Assembly (NCBI RefSeq): GCF_000011125.1
Contig: NC_000854.2
Coordinates: forward strand, 600,001 to 632,000
Direction of reading: 5' to 3'
DNA length: 32,000 nt
Source: Aeropyrum pernix K1
GTDB taxonomy: Archaea; Thermoproteota; Thermoprotei_A; Sulfolobales; Acidilobaceae
Positions 9,423 through 17,864 of the stretch are shown here, in pieces. The translations under genes were made by a program, and so were the position numbers. The notes under the pieces were generated by a model, which saw only the letters and a program-made list of their open reading frames with translations, had not been told where the DNA came from and did not search any database. Numbering within the stretch: the first letter of the stretch is position 1; every line of letters begins with the position of its first letter.

Positions 9423-10378
9423 TTCTCCATGGCCGCAGCTCTCCTAGGGCTAATCCTAATGGGTATTAGGTGGCTGCCGTCGCAGCTTTCAGCATTGAAC
9501 CACTCCCTGCCCGTAAACCCTTCCCTGCAGGTGGCGTACTCGAGCCCCAGCCTCGCAGCCTCCTCTATGACCGGCTTCAATAGCCTCCTCCTCACCTCCT
9601 CGGGGAGGTATATGTAGCCGTGCATATAGACTCCCCTCTCCCTGTAGAGCCTGTACAGCCTCTCCCCCTCCGCCCCTAGGGCCCGCCGCATCCTGGAAAG
9701 GTTATCTGGCCTCGCCTTATAGGTGCTGGTCACGATAAACCTTACCCCAGCCTCCGCCAGGCGGCCTACTAGCTCCTTAAGCTCGTGTGGATCGTCGTTG
9801 ACATAGGGTATGACAGGGTCAACCCTTACACCGACGGGCACGCCACTCCTGACGGCGGCTGCCGCGGCCGCTATCCTCTCGTCCTGACCCGGTGCACCCG
9901 GCTCCACAGCCCTGAGCAGGCTGTTCCCGCCCAGCCCGGTTATCGAGGGGGTTATGGCTGCGTTAGCCCTGGATAGAATGTCCAGGTCCCTCCAGGCGTA
10001 TAGGGTCCCCTTAGTGGTTATCAATAGTCTATAGCCACGGGGGGCTAGGACCTCCAGGGCACGCCTCGTGAGGCCCAGCTTCTCCTCCTCCGGCGGGTAG
10101 GGGTCGCTAGAGGTCCCTATGTTCACCAGCGCCCCTGGGGGGATTCTGCCCAGGTCCCTCTCAAGCCTTCCAACAAGCCTCCTCTTGGGGGTAGAGGGTT
10201 TGACCCCTATGTAGGCGGTTGCGTAGCAGTATCTACAGCCTATGCTGCAGCCGGTGTAGGGGTTGAGGCTGTATTTGAAGGGGCAGACACACAGGGGGCT
10301 ATTCCACGGGTCGAAAACGCTGAGGACGCCAAGCCTAAGGCCGCCGCTCCCCCCATTCAAGGCAATCCTCTCCCACAT
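9398..10378 (-). CDS. Radical SAM protein, SplB-like/COG1533 family
   Basis: 'NPYTGCSIGCRYCYA' CxxxCxxC motif, 'IGTSSDPYPPEEEKLGLTR', 'ITTKGTL'. Overlaps the start of dphB. Confidence 0.88.
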   Translation of the reverse strand: MWERIALNGGSGGLRLGVLSVFDPWNSPLCVCPFKYSLNPYTGCSIGCRYCYATAYIGVKPSTPKRRLVGRLERDLGRIPPGALVNIGTSSDPYPPEEEKLGLTRRALEVLAPRGYRLLITTKGTLYAWRDLDILSRANAAITPSITGLGGNSLLRAVEPGAPGQDERIAAAAAAVRSGVPVGVRVDPVIPYVNDDPHELKELVGRLAEAGVRFIVTSTYKARPDNLSRMRRALGAEGERLYRLYRERGVYMHGYIYLPEEVRRRLLKPVIEEAARLGLEYATCREGFTGREWFNAESCDGSHLIPIRISPRRAAAMEKWLEGGRP

Positions 10379-10657
10379 GAATAGTCTTTAGACCCGGGGG
10401 CCAGGTATATTTGTCGGGCGCGGCCTGTGAAGAACGATGGGCAGCCCCAAACCCCCGTGGGCGCGGACACGGGGGGTGAGGAGGCCTTGTACGCCGAGGC
10501 CGCGCATACAACCTCAGGTTGGCAGTGTTTTAAACCCCCTGCTTCTATACAGTTAAATCTGGCTGCCGGGAGGAGGTGTTGAGGCTTAAGGATTTCCGTT
10601 GGGGGGCTTCTCTTCGGTGCTGCTATAGGCTGGATACTCTCGGTTACCGCGTTTATA

Positions 10658-11482
10658 GTGTCGAGCATTGTAACCCTCCAGACGGGCCTGATATACCTGG
10701 TGGCCTCCTCATTCGCGGTAGGCGTGATAGCCGGCTATCTAGTCTACATGAGGCTTCTCAGGTGGTTCTCCAGCAAGGTTGAGGAGATCGAGCAGGACTT
10801 CCTCCTCTCGGCCTTGCCTCGCAGGCCCGACTCTCCAGGAGGTAAAACGCTCTACGCGAGGGCCGGAAGCCTGGCCATGGCCCCGGAGTCGCCCTTGGAG
10901 GCCTTCCCGGGCGGTGAGGACCTCGGCATAGCCGGGGGGTTTGAGGATGTAGAGAGGCTCGAGGAGGCCCTCTTCAAGGTATGGGCCCTGGTTAAGACTA
11001 TAGTTGAAGGGGCTATTGGTAGGAGGTTTGAGGCTGTAATTATAGTGGCCGACGACGACGAGTACGGCGGAGTGCCCGTGGCTATATACCCCGAGACGAG
11101 TGTAGCCTACGTCGACGACGATATCCCGGGCGACGAGGTGAGCGTGGTGATAGAGGGGTCCACCGTCAGCGTCGTACTGCCTCTAAGCGTATACAAGGTG
11201 CTGGTCGACGTAGTGGAGGACGGCGAAACAGCTACAGTAAAGAGCATCCGCCAGGCCAAGACGCTCTACTCGATAGCAAAGAAGATAGCATCCTCCAGCT
11301 CGGGAGACGAGAGGATAGCAGCGTACATAGCCTACAAGACCCTAGTAAACCTGTCGAAGAAAGGCGTGGTCAGGTTCGAAGGGTCAACGCTAGATAGCAT
11401 ACCATTCGAAAACGACGAGCTAAGGCTAAAAATAAAGGAGCAGGTCAGGCTAGAGAGCGACAGCACAGGGATAAGGATGTAA
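10658..11482 (+). CDS. Hypothetical membrane-anchored protein; N-terminus may extend upstream (see findings)
   Basis: N-terminal TM 'GLIYLVASSFAVGVIAGYLVYMRLL' followed by a long soluble domain; no family recognised. Confidence 0.7.
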   Translation: MSSIVTLQTGLIYLVASSFAVGVIAGYLVYMRLLRWFSSKVEEIEQDFLLSALPRRPDSPGGKTLYARAGSLAMAPESPLEAFPGGEDLGIAGGFEDVERLEEALFKVWALVKTIVEGAIGRRFEAVIIVADDDEYGGVPVAIYPETSVAYVDDDIPGDEVSVVIEGSTVSVVLPLSVYKVLVDVVEDGETATVKSIRQAKTLYSIAKKIASSSSGDERIAAYIAYKTLVNLSKKGVVRFEGSTLDSIPFENDELRLKIKEQVRLESDSTGIRM

Positions 11483-11503
11483 AGGGAGACGACCGCTCAT
11501 CGG

Positions 11504-11520
11504 AACCGTGCCTTCATGTA
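11504..11520 (+). repeat. Copy 1 of 17-nt direct repeat AACCGTGCCTTCATGTA
   Basis: Exact match with 24971..24987; both copies intergenic. Confidence 0.8.
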
Positions 11521-11981
11521 CTGAACCATAGCTTCCCCCTATTTAGCACGTCTGGATTAATCCCATCTTCTTCGCTTACAGGGGCTACGGGGGCTTGGCT
11601 CTCCTCACCCAACTAGAGGCACATAATACCTGCCCGCCAATCCGGGCTTCAAACCTTGATAATAGATATAATATTAGTGCTAAGCCTTTCTTCAGATATC
11701 TATCACAAGCCTCTTGTTCTGATAGAAATCCCGCCCAACCGTAGAGAGATTCCGGCTCCTCACTTAGGAAAACGTATTCTAACGATCCAGCTCCTCATCT
11801 ACCGCCGGGTCTATAGTACATGAGAGGAGGCCCTCCGGGCTACCTGGGGGTGAGCAGTCGCGGCACCTCCTCACACCCCCTGGGGTTAGAGAGGCTCGGC
11901 ATATAGCCCGTCGTGCATCCCCGGAGGGCCCATTTAATAGTTAATCAGCGGGGGCATGTTTGAGCCTTGCCCTTGGAGGTT

Positions 11982-12995
11982 TTAGAGCTGGCCTGTGAGG
12001 TATAGGTGGACCTTCTGGGCGGCGTCTAGCCCTGATTTGAGGGCTTTGCCTATGAGGCTGGGGCCGTGTCTCACGTCTCCGCTTGCGAAGACGCCTTTCC
12101 TGGTTGTCATGAAGTTCTCGTCAGTCTTTATTGTTCCGTCGGGGTTTAGCTCTATGCCGCAGCAGCCGTTGTTGAAGGGTGGTGTGGGCACCTCGCCTAT
12201 GGCTAGTAGCGCCCAGTCGAACTCTGCCTCGAATTCGCTGCCCTCAATGGGGACGGGCTTCGGCCTGCCCGAGTCGCTGGCCTTTAGCTCCATCCTCACG
12301 AACTTCACAACCTTCCTCCCCCCCTCCTCGTAGAACGCTATCGGCTGGGTTAGCTCCCAGGCCTCGGCCCCCATTTTTATGAGCCTCTCGAACTCGTTCT
12401 TCCTCATGGGAGCGTAGTCCCTCGTCCTCCTGTAGCTCAGCACAACCTTCTCGACTCCATCCTTGAACTCGGGGTATGTTAGGGGCACGTGGACGGCGTC
12501 TGCCGCTGTGAGCCCGCCGCCCACAACTAGTATACGCCCCCCGACCTTCGGGACCTTCGCCCAGGGTAGGTAGCCGTACCTGGCCATGTGGACTTCAACC
12601 AGCCAGTCGGCAGCGGGGAGAACCCATGGCAGGTCCTCGCCGGGCGCTCCCAGCCTCCTGGGCTTCCAGGTCCCTGTTGCTATGAGGACGGCGTCGCTCG
12701 CCTTGATTATGTCCTCCAGGCTTATGTCCCTGCCGACCTTGTTGTTAAGGATTATCCGGGCACCTCCTTCCACGAGCTCCCTCACGCTCTTCCTAATATT
12801 ATCCTTCGGTATACGGTCGTCTGGTATGCCGAACATCATCATGCCGCCGGGCTCTGGCATCATGTCGTAGACGACGACCTCGTGGCCCCTGCATCTGAGG
12901 AAACCGGCCGCACCGAGCCCTGCAGGGCCGGCTCCTATGATGGAGACTGTCTTACCGGTAGAGGGGGGTATCTCCTTGCATCTCAGGAACTTCAT
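11982..12995 (-). CDS. FAD/NAD(P)-dependent oxidoreductase, glutamate synthase small subunit (GltD)-like
   Basis: 'VSIIGAGPAGLGAAGFLRCRGHEVVVYDMMPEPGGMMMFGIP', 'ILVVGGGLTAADA', 'TRKGVFASGDVRHGPSLIGKALKSG'. Confidence 0.85.
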   Translation of the reverse strand: MKFLRCKEIPPSTGKTVSIIGAGPAGLGAAGFLRCRGHEVVVYDMMPEPGGMMMFGIPDDRIPKDNIRKSVRELVEGGARIILNNKVGRDISLEDIIKASDAVLIATGTWKPRRLGAPGEDLPWVLPAADWLVEVHMARYGYLPWAKVPKVGGRILVVGGGLTAADAVHVPLTYPEFKDGVEKVVLSYRRTRDYAPMRKNEFERLIKMGAEAWELTQPIAFYEEGGRKVVKFVRMELKASDSGRPKPVPIEGSEFEAEFDWALLAIGEVPTPPFNNGCCGIELNPDGTIKTDENFMTTRKGVFASGDVRHGPSLIGKALKSGLDAAQKVHLYLTGQL

Positions 12996-13023
12996 CCGGA
13001 CAGCACCCCTGCTTTATATAGTG

Positions 13024-13046
13024 TGGTATATGCTCTTTCTATACCA
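13024..13046. promoter_or_regulatory. Inverted repeat TGGTATA-N9-TATACCA upstream of the GltD-like gene
   Basis: Perfect 7-bp arms 13024-13030 and 13040-13046 in the AT-rich 5' region, near TATA-like 'tatata' and 'tttaaa'. Confidence 0.45.
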
Positions 13047-13139
13047 ACCAATATTTGCGGGGGAGAGTGTATTTAAACTGGGTGTAGAGCCGCCGAGGAT
13101 TCGCGCCGGCCCAGTACCTGTGCAGTATATTTTAACGTT

Positions 13140-13880
13140 TCATAGGGAGCGGGCTAGCCTGTAGAATCTGAGCGCGTGGAGGGGGGAGACGAGGAGGGGG
13201 TTTAGCAGCTTAAGCCTCACTCCCCCCAGGCTCTCGAGGACCTCAGACCACCTATCTCCGGCTGCCTCCCTGTAGCTGCTTAGGGCGGCCTCTACAAACC
13301 TCCATTTCAGGGGTGATGCCAGTGTGATGGTGGTTGCTGCCAGGACTAGGAGGTCCCATGCAGCCTTCTGGGGCGTGTAGTCGTCCGCCTGCTCGAAGTC
13401 CACTAGCCAGGCTTCGCCTAGGCTGTATATGAAGTTGCCCGGGTTGGGATCCCCGAGCACCATGCCCAGGCTGAAGTGGAGCCTTGCGAGGCCAGAGCCT
13501 AAAGCCTTCCACGCATCCTCGTCTAGACTATTGGACACTGGCTCGCCATCAACGTACTCTCGGATGAGGAGAGGCTTCTCGCCTATGCAGTAGGCCACTA
13601 TCCTGGGGACGGGGTAAGCGCCCCTGAGGCTGCGGTACCATTTTAGCTCGTTCCTCAGCCTCCCCTCCGGGCTGTAGATGTACCTGTAGACGGGGGCGTA
13701 GGGTAGGGTGATGAGCCACTTAACACCCTTCCTAGAATAGTCTTTGACGACGAGGTCCTCGCCCCTGCAGCTGCATAGCAGGCTTGAGGTTGTCAGCCCC
13801 GACCCCCTGCAGCTGCACTCTCTCAAGATCCTATGTACTAGTCCGCAGTCCTCCTCCGGCTCGACAGGTCCTCCAGCCAA
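13140..13880 (-). CDS. Bud32/RIO-like atypical small-molecule or protein kinase
   Basis: 'EDLVVKDY' Lys strand, 'PVPRIVAYC', 'LIREYVDG', catalytic-loop 'LGDPNPGNFIY' and 'AWLVDFEQA' (DFE) motifs. Confidence 0.75.
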   Translation of the reverse strand: MAGGPVEPEEDCGLVHRILRECSCRGSGLTTSSLLCSCRGEDLVVKDYSRKGVKWLITLPYAPVYRYIYSPEGRLRNELKWYRSLRGAYPVPRIVAYCIGEKPLLIREYVDGEPVSNSLDEDAWKALGSGLARLHFSLGMVLGDPNPGNFIYSLGEAWLVDFEQADDYTPQKAAWDLLVLAATTITLASPLKWRFVEAALSSYREAAGDRWSEVLESLGGVRLKLLNPLLVSPLHALRFYRLARSL

Positions 13881-14140
13881 CCCAACCCCCTGCGCCAGAC
13901 AGTCTCGCCCCTTGGCCCTCTAATCTCAACTATCCTGTGGAGGGGTATTGAGTCTCCGTTAACCAGGTGCACCGCCCACTTGTCAACCCTTGCGACGCTC
14001 TCGAGCCTAGCCTCCCTGAGGACCTCGCCAACCCCCTCCACCCTGTGCCTGTAGACTATACTGTAGTCCCCCCTGTCCTCGAGGGGGTAGTTTAGTACGC
14101 GTCTAACAGCCTCGTATATGTCGCTCCTACGCCTCCCCAC
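13838..14140 (-). CDS. DUF504 / UPF0248 family protein
   Basis: 100 aa with 'VRRVLNYPLEDRGDYSIVYRHR' and 'GDSIPLHRIVEIRGPRGETVWRR', typical of the family. Confidence 0.75.
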   Translation of the reverse strand: MGRRRSDIYEAVRRVLNYPLEDRGDYSIVYRHRVEGVGEVLREARLESVARVDKWAVHLVNGDSIPLHRIVEIRGPRGETVWRRGLGWLEDLSSRRRTAD

Positions 14141-15155
14141 CCTGCCCCGCCTCCCTGCATAGTATCCTTGCTAGGTCCTCCCGGGAGGGGTGCTTCTCGA
14201 GATAGCCCGAGTAGAACGCCCTTCCACCACCCTCACCGCCGTACCAGTATGGGGAGGCCTTCTCAACAGCGCTCGCCAGCCCCCCCGGCCCACTGGCTAG
14301 GGAGAACACGCGCTGGCCGCCGCAGCGGTTCACCCCGTAGACGAAAACCGGCTCCCCCAGCCTAGACCAGAGAACCCTAGCCACCCTCTTATGTATAAAC
14401 CCGTTGTAGTCAAGCCTCCCCACCCTCCACCCGCAGACCCTATCGCCCCCTCCCTCCAGGGACGAGGCCAGCTCGTCCGCCTCAAAATCCTCCTGCGCCC
14501 TAAGGCTGGCTAGCATAGCATCCTCGAAAGCAGACTTAGCGGGCTCGGCAGTATCGTAGCTGAAGAGCCTTGGGTACCATGAGGCCGCCTCCATCTTACA
14601 GGCCTCCTCAACACCCTCCAGGTTAGACGCTATAGCCTCCGGTATCCAGTAGTCCGTCGAGGGGTCGAGCCCGGCCTCCTCCATGAACCTCCTGTACAGC
14701 ATGTTACCCCTGGAGGCGTCCCAGGCGACGGAGACCATGCTGGCAGCGGCCATGAGGGGGTGGTAGTCGCCAGCCCCTATGGAGAGCTTGGAGTCTATCG
14801 ATAAGGCGTCGGGCACGCCGGGGTCGAGTACTATTGCGTGCCTGACACCGGAGGTCCTCCTGTAGAGCAGGGCGTAGGTGCTGGCCGCCTCGACACCCCC
14901 CTCGGGCACGACGCCGAGGTACAGGGCGAGGTCGAACCTCTCGCCGGGAGCCTCTATACGCGCCCTCCACCCGGCCACGGGCTTCAAAACAGCTTCATCC
15001 CTCGCCTGGGGCTTTAGCAGTCTCATGACGTGGTATGCCGAGATTATCCCGTCAGGGTTCATGAGGTAGACTATCAGAACCCTACCCCCCGCCTCCAGGG
15101 TTTTTAGGAGGCCTGTGAAGTCCTTCGTGTACACTGTCATGACGCTGCAGCCCAA
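14127..15155 (-). CDS. Divergent DHH/DHHA1 superfamily protein with eroded catalytic motifs
   Basis: 'GRVLIVYLMNPDGIISAYHVMRLL' (degenerate motif I), 'HAIVLDPGVP' where DHH is expected, C-terminal 'GGLASAVEKASPYWYGGEGGGRAFYSGYL' resembling a DHHA1 end. Confidence 0.5.
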   Translation of the reverse strand: MGCSVMTVYTKDFTGLLKTLEAGGRVLIVYLMNPDGIISAYHVMRLLKPQARDEAVLKPVAGWRARIEAPGERFDLALYLGVVPEGGVEAASTYALLYRRTSGVRHAIVLDPGVPDALSIDSKLSIGAGDYHPLMAAASMVSVAWDASRGNMLYRRFMEEAGLDPSTDYWIPEAIASNLEGVEEACKMEAASWYPRLFSYDTAEPAKSAFEDAMLASLRAQEDFEADELASSLEGGGDRVCGWRVGRLDYNGFIHKRVARVLWSRLGEPVFVYGVNRCGGQRVFSLASGPGGLASAVEKASPYWYGGEGGGRAFYSGYLEKHPSREDLARILCREAGQGGEA

Positions 15156-15180
15156 ACCATTAGACGGTCGGGAGGGAATA

Positions 15181-15984
15181 TTATGTGTCCCCTCTAAACC
15201 TCCTCCCGCCCAGCCTGGTGGAGAGGATGACGTAGGCCAGGGCGACAGCGAGGGACACAGCTAGGAGCACCATGGTTATTGCGGCCAGGTAGCTGAAGCT
15301 TGAGAACTCGGAGAGCCCCGGCCTCCTGGCCCTGTTCCAGAGTAGTATTGGTATGGTCTCTATGCCTGGGCCTCTGGTGAAGAGTGTTTTTATGAAATCG
15401 GTGAAGCTGAGGATGAACGCGAGGGTGAAGCCCGCGTAGATGGCGGGGGCTGCGAGGGGTATGGTGATTGTTACCAGCGTCCTAGCCGGTGTAGCGCCAA
15501 GGGTCCTCGCAGCATCCTCCAGGCTGGAGGACCTCTGCAGCGCTGGGGCCGCGACGACGTAGACGTAGGCTATGTTGAAAGCCGTGTGGCCTATGACCAC
15601 GGTCTTCAACCCGAGATCGACATCCAGAGCGGTTAGGAAGAGCAGCAGGGCGGCAGCCTCAGCTATCTCCGGGAGCACCAGGGGGGGATACATTATAGCG
15701 TCAACCAGACCCACCTTTCCATGCCTCCTCACGGCCAGGCCCGCGGCGACGCCCAGGAGAGTGCTCGACACCGCGCTGGCGGCCGCTATGGCCAGGCTGT
15801 TATACGCTGCAGCATGGAGCCTCTCATCCCCCATCATCATGCCATACCACTTCAGTGTGAGCCCCTCCCACACCCCTATGTAGGGGCTGGAGTTGAGGCT
15901 CTGCAGCGCGAGGAGGGCTATGGGGAGGTACATTATAGCGAGGATTGCGTATGTAGCAGCCCTTGAGGGCGTAACCCGGGTCAT
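15181..15984 (-). CDS. potC: ABC transporter permease, spermidine/putrescine PotC-like
   Basis: Six-TM permease, 'SLEDAARTLGATPARTLVTITIPLAAPAI' EAA loop; adjacent to potB/potA/potD-like genes. Substrate not provable from sequence. Confidence 0.8.
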   Translation of the reverse strand: MTRVTPSRAATYAILAIMYLPIALLALQSLNSSPYIGVWEGLTLKWYGMMMGDERLHAAAYNSLAIAAASAVSSTLLGVAAGLAVRRHGKVGLVDAIMYPPLVLPEIAEAAALLLFLTALDVDLGLKTVVIGHTAFNIAYVYVVAAPALQRSSSLEDAARTLGATPARTLVTITIPLAAPAIYAGFTLAFILSFTDFIKTLFTRGPGIETIPILLWNRARRPGLSEFSSFSYLAAITMVLLAVSLAVALAYVILSTRLGGRRFRGDT

Positions 15985-16758
15985 TCACAACACCCTGTAA
16001 GCCTGCCTGAAGACCAGGTAGGCCGCCGCCGCGCTAAGCAGGGTCACCATAAGGGTCACGGCGCTGCCGAGATCCCACCTGTCGCCGGAGAGTATGAGGT
16101 GGTATATGAGGCTGCCGACGGTGAACCCCGTGGTTCCTCCTAGGAGGCTGGGCACGACGTAGTCTGTGAAGCTTATGAGGAATACCACGACGAAGCCTGC
16201 CGCCAGCCAGGGGAGGGCGAGGGGAGCGACAACGCTCCTGTAAACCTCAAGCCTCCCCGCCCCTAGGGTCCTGGCAGCTTCCACTAGGCTCCTGGAGACG
16301 CCGCTAACACCCGCGAAGGCAAACAGTATGCCCAGGGGCAGGTTCTCATACACCAGCCCTATGAAAGTCGCAGTCCACCCAGGCTTCACGCCGACCAGGG
16401 TTAGGACCAGCTTTATGCTGAGAGTCCTGAGCAGCACATCAACTATGAAGGGCGAGACGAAGAGGGCCAGAAGCACTATCCTCTCCCGCCCCCCAGCCTC
16501 AAGGGCTATATAGTAGCTGGGGACTAGGGCTAGGAGCATCACGGCGAGAGCCGTGGCGGCGGCCACAGCAGCGCTGTTTGCAATCACCACGTAATAGTGG
16601 GGCCTGGTGAGGACCTCCAGATACGGCCCCAGGAAACCCTCCTCCCCGCTGTACACTGCGAGGTAGGCTAGGGGGGCGTAGAAGAAGGCGAGCAGGTAGA
16701 GGGCCGCGGGGGCCGCCAGGAGGGCCGTATAGCCTGCTATGCTACTCGAGCGCAACAT
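15985..16758 (-). CDS. potB: ABC transporter permease, PotB-like
   Basis: 'SLVEAARTLGAGRLEVYRSVVAPLALPWLAAG' EAA loop, 'DYVVPSLLGG' region. Confidence 0.8.
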   Translation of the reverse strand: MLRSSSIAGYTALLAAPAALYLLAFFYAPLAYLAVYSGEEGFLGPYLEVLTRPHYYVVIANSAAVAAATALAVMLLALVPSYYIALEAGGRERIVLLALFVSPFIVDVLLRTLSIKLVLTLVGVKPGWTATFIGLVYENLPLGILFAFAGVSGVSRSLVEAARTLGAGRLEVYRSVVAPLALPWLAAGFVVVFLISFTDYVVPSLLGGTTGFTVGSLIYHLILSGDRWDLGSAVTLMVTLLSAAAAYLVFRQAYRVL

Positions 16759-17770
16759 CCACGCCCCTATCAGGACTCCAGGTCACCGAGACGGCTTCAC
16801 CTGGCCGGGGTAGGCTGGACGCCGTCCTCCTCGGCACCACAGCCCTCAACCTTCCCCCCCTCCACCTGAGCTCGACCCTTATCAGGGGCCCCTGGAACAC
16901 GAGGTCCTCCACAACAGCCTCCAGCCTCGGCCAGCCCTGGGGGACTGGGGACCCGTTTCTAACTATCTCAAGGTCCTCGGGCCTGACCATAATGGCCCAC
17001 TCCCCCCCGCTGCCTGGGGTGAGAAGCTCTTTGGGGATGATGTTGGCGTCGCCGAAGAACGTGGCTACGTAGACGTTGGCAGGCCTCGTGTAGACCTCGC
17101 TGGGCGTACCATGCTGCACAATCCTACCATCCCTCATTATAACCAGCGTGTCCGCCAGCTCCATGGCCTCCCACTGGTCGTGGGTCACGTATATCATGGT
17201 TGAACCCAGCTTCCTCTGCAGCCTCTTCAGCTCGGCGAGGAGCCGCTGCCTGATCTTAAAGTCTAGGTGGGAGAGGGGCTCGTCCAGGAGTAGGACGGGC
17301 GGCTCGTAGGCGATGGCCCTCGCGAGCGCCACCCGCTGCTGCTGCCCCCCGCTGAGGCCTGTAACCCTCCTCCCCATGAACTCCCGGGGCGGTGTGAGGC
17401 CGACGGTTTCAAGCGCCCACTCAACCTGCCTCCTAACCTCGCCCCCGCTAAACCCCCTAGCCCTGAGGCCGAAGGCGACGTTGTCGTAGACTGTCATATG
17501 GGGGAAGAGGGCGAGGTCCTGGAAAACGAAGCCCACGCTCCTCCTCTCAGGCGGCAGGCCAGTATAGTCGACACCCCCGAAGAACACCCGGCCCCTTCTA
17601 GGCTTCAGGAGCCCCGCTATAACCTTCAGCATAGTAGTCTTACCGCAGCCGCTTGGGCCCAGGACAGCTGTTATGGATGACTCGGGGAAGCTGAAGCTAA
17701 CACCCCTGAGGGCCTCCACCTCACCGTAGCTGGCGTGGACGTTATCAAGCCTGACCTCGACGCCCCCCAA
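16742..17770 (-). CDS. potA: ABC transporter ATP-binding protein, PotA-like
   Basis: GPSGCGKTT, LSGGQQQRVALARA, VLLLDEPLSHLD, C-terminal TOBE-like region. Confidence 0.88.
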   Translation of the reverse strand: MGGVEVRLDNVHASYGEVEALRGVSFSFPESSITAVLGPSGCGKTTMLKVIAGLLKPRRGRVFFGGVDYTGLPPERRSVGFVFQDLALFPHMTVYDNVAFGLRARGFSGGEVRRQVEWALETVGLTPPREFMGRRVTGLSGGQQQRVALARAIAYEPPVLLLDEPLSHLDFKIRQRLLAELKRLQRKLGSTMIYVTHDQWEAMELADTLVIMRDGRIVQHGTPSEVYTRPANVYVATFFGDANIIPKELLTPGSGGEWAIMVRPEDLEIVRNGSPVPQGWPRLEAVVEDLVFQGPLIRVELRWRGGRLRAVVPRRTASSLPRPGEAVSVTWSPDRGVDVALE

Positions 17771-17864
17771 CAGACAGCCACCGCCCCCGGCCCTAAAGTC
17801 TAGGGTGTTGGTTAGAGGGTTAACGGTTAAAACCGCGTTTCAGCATCTCCACGGCGGACGCCGC

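Noticed and set aside
10400-10570. GC-rich intergenic segment between divergent genes considered as an ncRNA
   Set aside because: Some complementarity ('cgcggcc'/'ggccgcg') is present but there is no recognisable family motif and such pairing is expected at this GC content.
11470-11545. Possible box C/D sRNA around the 17-nt repeat (ATGAAGG and CTGA-like words)
   Set aside because: On neither strand could I find a proper RUGAUGA...CUGA arrangement with correct guide spacing at both repeat copies.
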